DNA from: Chrysomallon squamiferum
Taxonomy: Eukaryota > Animalia > Mollusca
Reading direction: 5' to 3'
NCBI GenBank assembly: GCA_012295275.1
Contig: CM022678.1
Span: 6,200,001-6,264,000, forward strand
Length of the DNA: 64,000 bases
Shown here: positions 26,525 to 39,788 of the stretch, one piece after another
Numbering within the stretch: position 1 is the first letter of the stretch
How the letters are laid out: each line of letters starts with the position of its first letter
Program-made: the position numbers and the translations under genes
The notes under the pieces: model-generated
The model's database searches: none
What the model was told of the DNA's origin: nothing
Seen by the model: the letters and a program-made list of their open reading frames with translations, nothing else

Positions 26525-26819
26525 TTTGGGGGCTATTTTGTATTAACAATCAAGAGTCAAGAGGGAAAGGAAAAGAGACAAAGAAAGAAAGAAATAGAAA
26601 AGAAAAAAGAAATCTAAGTCAGGCTGCTATAAAAGTGTTCTTATTTAAACGTCAGGCTTTCTCCCATCTGAAGAAAATAAAACTTGTTGGTTTCACCACT
26701 CACTTGGTGTGAATGACAAAACCACTTCAGAATTAAACTGACAGTCAGTCTCAGCTGATGTACTCTGCATAATGATCCTGATATAGAGATTAAATGTGCG
26801 TGTATGTATGTATATGTGT

Positions 26820-26881
<62 letters not shown>

Positions 26882-26935
26882 AACAGAGACAGAGAGAAAG
26901 ACAGACACACAGTCATGAGAGAGAGGCAGAGAGAG

Positions 26936-26970
<35 letters not shown>

Positions 26971-27312
26971 GAGACAGAGAAAGACAGACACACAGTCATG
27001 AGAGAGAGGCAGAGAGAGAGAGAGAGCGAGAGAGAGAGAGAGAGAGAATGATTTGTGAAAATAACGTAGTTCTCAGTAACTCAATAGGTAATGTTAACAT
27101 GAGACAGTAAACTTATTCTAGGATTTTAACCCTTTGATCCCTGACAAGCTGATTTTGCATTGTCATCTGTCTTTTGAGTCATCGCTGATCAGTGAGAATT
27201 TTTTTAAATTTAAAGAATTTAAACTTTTACATTCTGAACAATTAAGTATTAAAAAAATGCTACATTCAAAATGTATAATAATAATAAGAAGAAGAAGAAG
27301 AAGAAGAAGAAA

Positions 27313-27343
<31 letters not shown>

Positions 27344-27543
27344 AAAAGAAGAGGAAGAGGAAGAAGAAGAAGAAGAAGAACGACAACAACAACAAAAAGA
27401 AGAAGAAAAAGAAGAATGATAATGATGATAATAACAAAGGAGCAATGATTGGAATTGAATAACAGCCTTCATTCAGTTCCTTGTAAGAGGAAACTAAATT
27501 CTATTTTAAGCCCATCTAGTAAGATATGAAAGAAAAGTTACTG

Positions 27544-27582
<39 letters not shown>

Positions 27583-28510
27583 CAACACACTCAAAGTACT
27601 TTCAATACAGCTATAATGACATCATAAATAACTACTCCTGTACTTAACAGTGTTATTACCATCGTTCTCATTTTTGACAACCCAGCCAAGGTACGACAAG
27701 AAGAAAACAAACTGGTTATGATGGCCTCACACTAAAAACACATCAACAACAACATCCTGAACCCAACACTGACATCCTGGGGTAGGCAAAGCTTGATCCA
27801 CATTACATTTCTTATCTATGCATTTTCAACAACCGATTCCCCAGTTGACTTAATGTTCAGTTAAGAGGTAACGCTCTCTCAATTTTCTCTCAGTGAATTT
27901 CTGTTGTCTTTCACTCTTTCAACCAGCAACTTCTGTTATTCTTCAGTTTTCAGAACAAACTATAACAAGGATTTCAATCTCTCATCTTAGGTTTCGAGAA
28001 CTTAAACACACATTTTAGTATTTACTTTTGAAAAGTAAACTGGATAAAGTATTCATATGCATGACACTTTATACATTAAATATTATAATTATGTAATGCA
28101 GTAAATCATAACTGGATACATGACCTAGTGTATGTAGTAAAGGTCAATATTTATCTGGTTCAGATTTAATACAGAAAAAAAAAAAAAAAACAGAAATGAA
28201 AATGAACAAGAAATATATATGAAGATAGTTTAAAAGATACTGAAAATATTTTAATATTTACTCCTTCTAATTAATAATGATGATGATAAGAATAATAATA
28301 ATAATCATAATAATAATAATGTTGGTAGTAGTAGTAGAAATAAATATGTAAATAATCCATTGTCTGAAAAGCTTTTATTGTTTAATATTTATTAATTTAT
28401 TTATTATAAAGAATATCACTGGTTGAAATTACATACATGAAGTTAGTTTAATTTGTATAAATGTCAGGTTGTGCTTTTATTATATGTTGTTTGTTCTTGT
28501 GAATATTATT

Positions 28511-28511
<1 letters not shown>

Positions 28512-28575
<64 letters not shown>

Positions 28576-28994
28576 GAAACACATACACATCCATCCATCC
28601 ATCCATCCATATATACACACACACACACATACAAACACATATATGCACTTGGAAACACAAATACAGACAGTTATTCTGTTCCACTCAAAGACAGAATTAC
28701 ACATGCATTTTAGGAAATCAATTATTTTAATGAATATGTTCAGTTTTGCATGCATGCAGTGCATTTTACTTCATGTAACAGATGTAAATACTTGTTTATC
28801 TTTCTCCATCAACATTCAGGACATAAATAAAGTGTTGATGCTTTTTGTGTATAGCATAACAATAGCATTCTGTTTATGCTATGCTAATATGCCTATTACT
28901 ATGTTGCTGAACCTGAGTAAGTGGAGTAAACTGTAGAGAATTAGTTTCAATGTATCAGCCATTATCCAAAACATACACATTTATACATGTATGT
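28512..28994 (-). repeat. Dispersed repeat, copy B (inverted twin of 20840-21243)
   Basis: As above; more substitutions and indels than the 430-bp pair. Confidence 0.92.
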
Positions 28995-28999
28995 ATGTA

Positions 29000-29092
<93 letters not shown>

Positions 29093-29454
29093 GGGTGTAA
29101 ACTGTTTCTGAGAGAAAGTATTAAGTCCAATTATCTAAAAAATATAAATGTATGTATGTATATGCATGCGTGTGTTCTGTGTGTGTTGTGATGTGTTTGT
29201 GTTGTTGTGTGTATGCAGTATTCTGTATGTGTTTTATGGTGTGTTTGTGTGTATATGTGAAGATATATTAAGTGTATGTATTTACATGTGGTAACAGTTG
29301 GAATATCACAATAACAACAAAATAAATGTAAAAAAAATAAATGAATATGTCTGAGTATATATTGTCATTATTATTAATATTATTATTATTATTATTATTA
29401 CATCTACTACCACACATATACATTCACACACACAAGCCATAACACACACACAAA

Positions 29455-29515
<61 letters not shown>

Positions 29516-29527
29516 TCTCTCTCTTTT

Positions 29528-29574
<47 letters not shown>

Positions 29575-30011
29575 TCTCTCTCTCTCTCTCACAAACACAC
29601 ACACACATCTCTCTCTCTTTCTTTCACACACACACACACACACATACACACACACACACACATATAAAATCCTGCACACACACACACACACACCATAACA
29701 GACACAAACAAAATAAAATAAATCCCACATACATACCACAACATACCACTCACAAACAATCACTCACAAACAATCACTCACAAACAATCACACACAAACA
29801 AACACTCACACACTGTCACACACTAAACTCCTAACACTGCTAACCTACGTGCACAGCCGAAGCACAACACAGACAGACTCACACACACCACACAAACACA
29901 CACACACACAAAAACACCCCAAACACTCAACATACCACTCACAAACACACAAACACTCACACAACTGTCACACACCTGTCACACACTAAACTCCTAACAC
30001 TGCTAACTTAC

Positions 30012-30276
30012 CTGCAACAGCCGAAGCACAACACAGACAGACGAGCACGCAGACCGGAGTCCTCAGCCTCTGGCAGCAGGGCGGCCTCAACGGGCCCCAC
30101 CCACAGGCCTCGTCCCTCGCCCTCTCGACGTCCACCTGCGTGTAGACACTCTCGCCTGGGACAACGACAGTGGCCGCGGTAACAACAACGCCGTCTTTCG
30201 AACCTTGCGACATCTTCACTGTGTGGTTAGCCTCCATGGCTGTGTAGTCAGTGGGGCGTGACTTGAGTCTCGTCAT
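30012..30276 (-). CDS. SLCO4A1-like: SLCO/OATP transporter, coding exon 1 (cytoplasmic N-terminus and start of TM1)
   Basis: Translates MTRLKSRP...DEACGWGPLRPPCCQRLRTPVCVLVCLCCASAV, with the CGW-x-x-x-x-P-x-C-x-Q pre-TM1 motif of OATP4-type proteins. Donor G|GTAAGT at 30011-30006. Candidate acceptor CCAG at 30400-30397 gives about 120 nt of 5'UTR containing an in-frame stop. Ends in phase 1 while the next exon starts in phase 0 (see findings). Confidence 0.85.
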
Positions 30277-30459
30277 TGTCGCAGGTGTTTTCCTTTCTTC
30301 TTATTGGTTGACGTTTCTCTCTCTCTCTCTCTTTGATGCTGACCAACGATCCTCAACTGGGGTGTGTGGTCAGTTAGAAGGCACGGGGAAAGTTACCTGG
30401 AAGAATGTTGTTAAGAAATAATTGTTTATATTTTTATATTTCATTTATTTAACATTGAC

Positions 30460-30495
<36 letters not shown>

Positions 30496-30500
30496 TTTAA

Positions 30501-30579
<79 letters not shown>

Positions 30580-30647
30580 AATATACATATATATATATAT
30601 ATGTATATATACACACACACACAGACAGTTGTATATATATATATGTA

Positions 30648-30871
30648 CAGGGTGTCCCAGAAGTCACGCACCATGAAGATTTTTATTTAGATACATATGA
30701 ATAAAAAATTTATTAATAATAATCATAACAAATGCTCAAATTGCTTGCCTTCTGCATTGATACATACTTCATTTCTCTTTATAAAACTGTTTTTTTCTCT
30801 GTTGAGGGTTTCGCTACTAATTTATGTGTATCTAAATAAAAATCTTCATGGTCCGTGACTTCTGGGACACC

Positions 30872-30874
<3 letters not shown>
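30648..30874. mobile_element. 227-bp MITE, Tc1/mariner-type
   Basis: About 47-bp TIRs CAGGGTGTCCCAGAAGTCACG(C/G)ACCATGAAGATTTTTATTTAGATACA with one mismatch. TA on the left, TG then (TA)n on the right. Non-coding interior. Confidence 0.85.
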
Positions 30875-30962
<88 letters not shown>

Positions 30963-32084
30963 TATACAATTTAATATTATATATATACACACATACACAC
31001 ACACACACATATAAATATGTATATATATATACACACACACACAGACAGTTGTAAATGTTAAGTAAATGAAATTAAATGTAGATTTGTAATGATAATGATA
31101 TGAAAATTTGTAAACAAAATAAATAAATAAAATAAAATAAAACAGACAGATATACTGATAGATAGATAGATAGATAGTCAGATAGATACATAAATAATTA
31201 AATAATTAATAAAAAACGGCACTAATAAACGAATACATTTTTTTAGTTTAAGCTGATTAAAAGTATATTATTTCAATCATAACAATAATAATGATAATAT
31301 CTTTACAACAATTATAATGGTGTTGCTAAAACAGCAGTAGTAATAACAATTATATATAAATTTTTCAGTACTAGGTCTCAAAGCAAAGACAATAATAATA
31401 CTGTAGTAGTACCAGCAGCAGCAGTAGTAGTTGTTACAAACACTGGCAGTGTAAACAACTACACCAACTACTACTACAACAGCTGCTTCCATTGTTGCTG
31501 CTGTTAGTACTACTGCTACCACAGTAACACCCTCACTATCTCCATTACTATGTCACACAACTACTACTGCTACTACTGTGACTATTAATACTACCAATAC
31601 TAGTGTAACACCAGCAATGCTGTAGTACTGTAATGACTATAATGATGATGATGTAACAACAGCAACAGCAAGAACAAAACAACAACAACAACAACAACAA
31701 TAGTTGCCAACAAGTGTCATTTACTAATACAGTATATGTAAAGAAAATATATACAAGTTACATAGGCATACTAAAATCTGCAGGATTTCTTTTTCTTGTG
31801 AAACTGGATATCATCAAAACAAATTTCAAAATACTACATATCAGTTACTTTTCTTGATATTCCAAATTTTAATTGTTATTATTATTATTATTATTATTAT
31901 TTTTGGATTTTCATATATCCAAAGGTACTTTGAAAGAAGTGAAAACGAGAGATATCTAACATTTTTTTTCTTGGGAAACTTTATTGTTAGCAAAGGTTGG
32001 TGGTGCTATTTTTGCTTTTATTTTCTTACCATCTGAAGTACATTTTTAACAATTACAGGAACTCCTATACAACAAATCATAAAT

Positions 32085-32500
32085 TAATACATTGTACAAT
32101 AATTTGTTGTGACATCATAATATTGTCAGCTAGTTATTTTAGTTTTTGTTTTGTTTTACAAATTTTCTATAATCTGAGGCACATACAATGTTTAATTATT
32201 TTAATAATAATAAATACATTGTTCCATAATTTGTAGTGACGTCACATAATGTATTTAGTTACCCAGACACATACACAAGAAAATAACTGTTAATACATTG
32301 CAATGTAATATGTAGTGACATCACACTATTGTTAACTATTGAGTTTATTTTTTTTGTTTTACATATTTTATTTAATTTTTAGCACACACTCAATTTTAAT
32401 AATTATAATAATAATGAATACAAAGTACTAAAATGTCAAGTGACATCACTTTGCTGTCAGTTTTTTAATTTTAATTTTTGTTTTACAAATTTGCTATATT
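32085..32500. repeat. Old degenerate tandem repeat, 4 units
   Basis: GTGAC(A/G)TCA cores at 32110, 32237, 32316 and 32441, mostly followed by TTTTGTTTTACA. Confidence 0.7.
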
Positions 32501-32774
32501 TTGTGACAAACATACAGAGTATAAATGAATAATGAATGCACTTGTACTATAATTCATACTGGCAGCATGCTAATGGGTCAAATTGATTTAATTTTGTTTT
32601 TAAACAATATTATAATAAATAACATGTTACATAATTTACAATACTATCATATTATTTCTATTGTTGTTGTCATTGTTGTTATTACAGTTATTTTTTTTTT
32701 TATTTTTTATTTTTTATTTTTTTAAGAAAATGAGTTGGTATATTCATCGATTTATTAAATAATAATAACTCTCT

Positions 32775-32822
<48 letters not shown>

Positions 32823-34839
32823 CAAAGATTTTCTATTTTTGAAATCTCCCAACTTCAAAAGAATAAATCCCTTGCTCTATCTTTAGAAATATCTTTGAAG
32901 TGTACATTTAATACTTAAATAAAGATCGTATATGTCAAAGATTATCCCTTTTTAATATTTATGAAACATTGTTAAGTAAGAAATTAATAATAAATAGAAA
33001 TAAAACAATAAAGAAATATTATTCATTTTTCTTCTTTTTTTTTTTTAAAGTAAGAAGGAAAAGAAAGAAAAACGTTTTTGTTTTTTCTTTAAAAAAGAAC
33101 CTGTCATGAAAAAAAATTAATTAAAAAAGAAGTTTTTAATTCTTCTTCTTCTTCTTATGAATGGATGGTTCAAATGTCCTGTTAAGTCTATAGCACTGTT
33201 ATTATTTTCTTTTCTTTGCATGTTTCTGAATCAAAAACTGAGATATACTTGGCTGATGGTTTGCCATCACACACAAACACACATACAACAAATATTAACC
33301 CAATTCCACAGAAATCAAATATTCCACTGAAAATCCTCAACGATGGAGAAAAAAAAAAATTCAAGACATCCTGGCTTGAGGCAGATACAACATTTTTCTT
33401 ATACAATGATGAGCTTCAGCTGTCTCAGTTGGTTTTATTTCCCAATCTAACCAGAAAGGCCAGCCTATTTATCTCAAGAATCTGCACGGGTTAATTCCCA
33501 CTTCAACCCCAAAAACGTATGAATGCAGAAGATGAAGTATAAATGTTAATTAATGTCACATTTTCTCTGTTGTTTCAATCACTTGATTCCCAATCCAGCT
33601 GAATGTTCTTGCTTGATATATAATCAAAGGAATGATTTGAATGAGTTTTAATGTCTGTACACTGTAGTTTCAACTTGTTATAAAAATTCCCAATCCGATT
33701 AAAGGCTCCTAAATGCTTTGCTAAAGGTTGTGTGATGTGAATGACATCAACTTTTAACATGTTTATCATTTACAGCTTCAAGTACTTCTTGTTTTTGGGT
33801 TGTTTTTTTTCCACTGGGCATCTTCTCATCTCAATGAAAACTCTTAATTCCATGTATCTGTTACTGGGTAGGTTCTTACAAAATAATATTTCTTGTTGTC
33901 AATTTCTTGCTGATCAGGCATGTAGTAAAAATCCTTTTTTTTTTTTGTACAATTAAGAGTAAATAAAGATGAATTAATTTTATTATTATCACTCATCTCA
34001 TTTTTTGTTTTTCTTATTCAATTCTGATGGTAAACAGTAAACCTTCAGTGATGCAATAAACAAAATTATCTGACTTTTATAAAAAGTCATAACAGACTTA
34101 GCCATTTCCATATCACACCCAGTGCCCACATTAATGTTGCCTCATTAAAAGCTTATGTTTACGCTCTCCTGTGTATGAGAAGGTGCAGAGAACAAATTGC
34201 TTGCTGCTAATTAATGTGTGGCAACACGTGTCCTCTTTTCTCATCCATATCATCCTTAACTGCATTTATAATAAAACGTAACCAATATTTTTTTATTTTT
34301 TTATTTTTTAAATTTTCAACAAATTTAATGGTTGTTAAGTGTGTCTTTAAATAAAAATATTTTCATTTCCCTCTATAATTTGCTGGTAAAAAAAAAAAAC
34401 AATAAAAGAATAAAACCTCCAGTATTATTATCTTAATGTCTTCTGAATTTGATCAGAGGTCAACACTTCAGGCAAAGGTAAACCAGTTTGTTTGTTTTGT
34501 TTTTTTTTGTTTTTTTGTTTCTTCTGTGCTTTGTTTTCTTGTGGATAGCAATGGCCAAGCTGTAAAGGGAGTTAATTTGTTATTGGGAAAATAAATAATT
34601 TTTGTCAGTTTTGTTTATTATTATGCGATATGGTTACCGTATGTAAGTTGATTTTAGAGAAAAGTAAACAGACCCATTTCACTCTAGAGGGGAGAAATAT
34701 TATAATAAAGAAAGAAGAAAGGAAAAAGGTTAAATGAATGTTATCAGTTTGGTCAATAATCAGGTAATGTTATCACATTATACTAGTCACTTATATTAAA
34801 ATAAAGTATTTAAAAATAATAAATAAATAAAAAAATAAT

Positions 34840-34874
<35 letters not shown>

Positions 34875-35197
34875 TAATAAATAATAATCATAAATAATAA
34901 AAAAAGAAAGAAAGAAAGAAAGAAAAGAAAGAAAGAAAGAAAGAAAGAAATATAAATAAAGAAATCAAATAATAATCCTTACTCATTTCCATCATAAATC
35001 TTTACATTATGGTCATATTTTATTGTCAGCAAAGCTTGGTCTCCACTAAATAACAAAAACAGTCACTAGAAAAGACACAGAAGTGTTGGGTTGGAACAAA
35101 TTTTTGTGGCATTTCTGCAGTAGGTGATATCTGACCATGTGACTTCATTTCACGCATGAATTAAATATATCATATATATATATATATACATACATAC

Positions 35198-35228
<31 letters not shown>

Positions 35229-35684
35229 CGTTCTGAAAGGTGAACAAAATGGTAATAATACAGTTGAATAAATTTGTGTACAAATATCTAAAACAAACTT
35301 CAAATTTCACTTAAAAAAAACAACTTTTTGTTTCAATCCAGTTCATAGACTATTTATTGATACCACCACCTGTACACTTGAAGTAAGTATTTTACCTGTA
35401 TCGTTGTTTTGTTTTTTTTTTTTTTTTTTTTTTTTTATCGTGTTAACTAGTTACAATCTGCTTATCTTAAATTCAAACATAATTCATCCTATTTCAGGTG
35501 AATGACAGCCCCAACGTTCTTATCTTAAACGGATAGTTAATCGATTACAGCTTAACTAATTTCTGTGCTGGATAACTGCATTAACTGTCCTGACCCTGTG
35601 TGAAAAGTGTCTGTTTTAAAACCAGACAGTTAATTGCCCAGATATTAGCCTGTCTCTGGGAGAGATTGAAAGGCAACAGCTTGT

Positions 35685-36045
35685 TTTAAGAAATAAACAG
35701 TATCTGAGTAATTTTAAAAAGTTAAATTATTTAAGTGTTTTAAGAAATAAATGTATGAGCATTTTAAAAGTTAATTTAATTATTTAAGTGTTTTAAGATC
35801 AGCATTTTAAAAGTAAGTTTGTTTAAGTGTTTTAAGAAATAAATGTATGAGCATTTTAAAAGTTAATTTATTTAAGTGTTTTAAGAGATAAATGTATGAG
35901 CATTTTAAAAGTTAAATTATTTAAGTGTTTTAAGAAAAAAACATATCTGAGCATTTTAAAAGTTAATTTATTTAAGTGTTTTAAGAAAAAACATATCTCA
36001 GCATTTTAAAAGTTAATTTGTTTAAATGTTTTAAGAAATAAATGC
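35685..36045. repeat. About 49-bp minisatellite, about 7 units
   Basis: GCATTTTAAAAGTTAATTTATTTAAGTGTTTTAAGAAATAAATGTATGA. Confidence 0.92.
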
Positions 36046-36512
36046 ACAGGACTTTTTTTTTTTAATATAATAATAATAATAATTAAAGCCTAATGACTGT
36101 AATAAAAAGATTAACGACTAAAATTAATCATTATACAACGATACAAGGACAGTATTTAGTGTTTATACAACTGTTATGTTCAAGTTTACTAGATAACTAG
36201 TGTATTTTTACCAGCTGTAAATTGCTAATAATCATTATAAAATCTTTGTGCAGTTACAAATTTTCATTACTTTCATTCTAAACATGATAAAAAAAAAAAA
36301 AAATAAAAAAATCTTTAAAAACAGTATCATCATGTTATTTAATTAAGTTTATTACATGCTAAACAGTTATTCATTAATGTTATTGTTTATCAATGATTAA
36401 TGATTTATCGATTTCTTTATTTCTTATTTAGTATGTTTAGCTGTCAAAATTGGTTTGTTTTTGTTTTATTTTGTGACATTACAATAGTGAGAGTAACAAC
36501 TAGTAGTAATAG

Positions 36513-36555
<43 letters not shown>

Positions 36556-36627
36556 CAGTAGTAATAGCAGTAGTAGTAGTAGTAGTAATAGCAGTAGAAG
36601 CAATAACTGTGATAGTAATTATAATAA

Positions 36628-36662
<35 letters not shown>

Positions 36663-36933
36663 ATGGTAGCAGGTGTAGTAGTAAGAGGAGTAATAGTTAC
36701 AAAAGTAGTGATAGCAGTAGTAGAAGTAATGTTAGTACTAGTGGTACTACAAGTAGTAGTTGTGGTGATAGTAATCATTATAGTAGAAATAATGATGATG
36801 ATGATGATGATGATAATAATAATAATAATAATAATAATAAGAAGAAGAAGAAGAAGAATAATAATAAGAACAACAATAATAATAAGAAGAATAACAATAA
36901 TAACAACAACAACAACAACAACAAAACAATAAC

Positions 36934-36968
<35 letters not shown>

Positions 36969-37208
36969 TAATAACAATATAATAAAACAATAATAATTAA
37001 CAATAATAAAAAATATTAAAACAATAATATTACAACAATAATAATAATAATAATAACAATAAAAAATAACAATAATAAAAAAAAAACAACAAAATAATAA
37101 TAACAATAACAATATTAAAAATAACAACAAAAATACAATAACAAGTTATGTACCTAACCATTAAACGATGTACCCTACTCGTATCATTGTTATTATTTCG
37201 AAATTTAC

Positions 37209-37241
<33 letters not shown>

Positions 37242-37244
37242 CAC

Positions 37245-37410
37245 CCGTCAGACATTCGGTTCCACTGTTTCACCAAAACCACCACCGTATGTAAAATTAA
37301 CACAACATCTTCCAAAATGTCTTGTCACGTCACGCGATCTCGCATCAACTAAACTCTGTCCTTCCGCGGCGATGACAGCATCATCTCAACGTGACAGCAT
37401 CATCTCAACG
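37245..37410 (-). promoter_or_regulatory. Candidate promoter / non-coding first exon of the SLCO gene
   Basis: Local CpG-rich patch in CpG-poor DNA. Consensus donor CGG|GTGAGT at 37244-37239. Inr-like TTAGTT at 37352-37347. TCGCGTGACGTGAC motif cluster. 19-bp tandem duplication at 37373-37410. No transcript evidence. Confidence 0.45.
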
Positions 37411-37869
37411 TCATCTGCACACACACACACACACATACAACCAAGTCATCAACTCCGCAGACCAAGAGACAGGATCATGTGACAGTAATAAATCCACACT
37501 TTGTGTGTATTTTCCCCGGTTTGTTATTATTGCTCTCACTGTAGGTAATGAATTTCATTTAAGGCTGATGGGGGATTGACGCTTTTTTCCCCCTGTTTAT
37601 GAGATGTTGAAGTAAGAAAAGAATGACAAGGTTGTGATCCAGGGTGTTATGCTGCAGCTACGGCTAGGGTAAGGCTACGACAGTGTCTCTGTGTGATGAT
37701 TCAGAATGTGATGATGTCCCTCGTATTCGCTGTTACGCAGATCAAGCATATTTCCTCGAGCTGCTTTTTTTTTAGTTAACGTTTTAGTGAGCCAAGGATG
37801 AAACTGAAAGATTAAAAAAGAATTTGTGAGTTGAGGTTCAAAGTGTCCAAACTGAAAGAAAGGGAAAAA

Positions 37870-38110
37870 ATAATAATAAAAGTGAAAATAGTTAGTTGTT
37901 ATTATTAAGGGTTGGATATTGTGAAAGTAATAATAAAAATAAAAATAATAATAATAATAAAAGTGAAAATAGTTAGTTGTTATTATGGGTTGGATATTGT
38001 GAAAGCAATAATAAAAATAAAAATAATAATAATAATAAAAGTGAAAATAGTTAGTTGTTATTATTAAGGGTTGGATATTGTGAAAGTAATAATAAAAATA
38101 AAAATAAAAA
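37870..38110. repeat. About 80-bp tandem triplication
   Basis: AAAAGTGAAAATAGTTAGTTGTTATTAT...GGGTTGGATATTGTGAAAG three times. Confidence 0.93.
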
Positions 38111-38366
38111 TAATAATAATAATATTAAAAAAATAATAATAATAGTAATAATAATAATAATAATATTAATATTAATAACAATAGAAATATAATGGTAATA
38201 TAATAATAATAATAATATTAATGATGATGATGATGTTGGTGATAATGATGGATATGATGATGAGGATGATAATAGTAAGAGGAGAAAATGAAAAACAAAA
38301 TAATCATCATAAGAAGAAGATGATGATAAATAAGAAAAAAAAATAAAAGATAATTTAATTTGTTAA

Positions 38367-38397
<31 letters not shown>

Positions 38398-38527
38398 CAT
38401 GAAAAAATGAAAAAAAAAAAAAAAAAAAAAAAAAAATGTTCAGAACAATGTTAATGATGATGATGATCAAGAAATAAATAAATTAAAAAAAAAAGGAAAT
38501 AAATAGATAAAAACAAATCCACAAAAA

Positions 38528-38590
<63 letters not shown>

Positions 38591-38655
38591 ATTAGAAATA
38601 AATAAACAAATAAATAAATTTAAAATTTTTTTAAAAAATAAATAAATAAATAAAA

Positions 38656-38686
<31 letters not shown>

Positions 38687-39098
38687 ATTAAATAACCTCA
38701 GACGCAATGAACTTAAGAACATTTTCCAACAGAAACAAAAGCAAAGATTAAGAAATAAAAACTCAATGAACAGACGAATTTCTGGGAGTGGAAAAAAACC
38801 ATTAGAAAAAAAAACAAAAAAAAAACAAGAAATTGCCAGTAACATGAACCCAAGACAAACACTCCCAGAAAACAAACCCATCTTTTTTTTCATAGATAAA
38901 GAAAAGATAAAATTTTAAAATGCTAATATAAATGTCAAACACAAAAGGAAAAATAAAACATAAAATAGGAAAAAAAATTTAAAAAAATGGACATAATTTG
39001 TCCCATCTTTTTTTTCTTTTTTATTTCACCCAGTGGAAATACTACTTTTCATTATTATTATTATTATTATTATTAGTAGTAGTAGTAGTAGTAGTAGT

Positions 39099-39148
<50 letters not shown>

Positions 39149-39164
39149 TAGTAGCAGCAGCAGC

Positions 39165-39201
<37 letters not shown>

Positions 39202-39788
39202 TATAAGAAAGAAAAACAAATAAAATTTAGGACATTTTAAAAGTTAAATTCACAAGTAATACAGTAGAATCATGTTACACAATACTTTACAGTTTAATAA
39301 ACCAGAACACATGTGTACACATCCCACTCCCTCACATTTGTGTGTGTGTGTGTGTGTGTGTGTGTCACTGCAGATGAAGAATGAATACTCTTAGTGTACT
39401 GACTGGACAACTGACCAGTTTATTGAAAGCAGAGTTTTCACTACATATGGGTAGGTATACATATAAAACACTTATTGCTGCTACTTCGTAGGTGTAAGCA
39501 GGTTTCCTCTCTATCATGTTAAACAAGAAAAAAAACATTCGACTCCTGTAGCATTAATATTAACAGATGCAGAGAAGTTAAACATTCATTCATTCATTTT
39601 CTCATTTTTCATTCGTTCATTTCTTTCATTCGTCCTCTCCATTCTCATTCATTCATTCATTCATTCTTTCATTCACTGATTCTTCAATTAATTTTTCATT
39701 AATTTTCTCATTATTTCATTGTTCAATTGTTCAATCATTCATTCATTCTTTAATTCATTCTCTCACTGTTCATTTATTTTTATTTTTT

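Noticed and set aside
25689-35687. Exact 20-bp match GAAAGGCAACAGCTTGTTTT at 25689 and 35668
   Set aside because: Similarity does not extend into the flanks; too short to interpret without a genome search.
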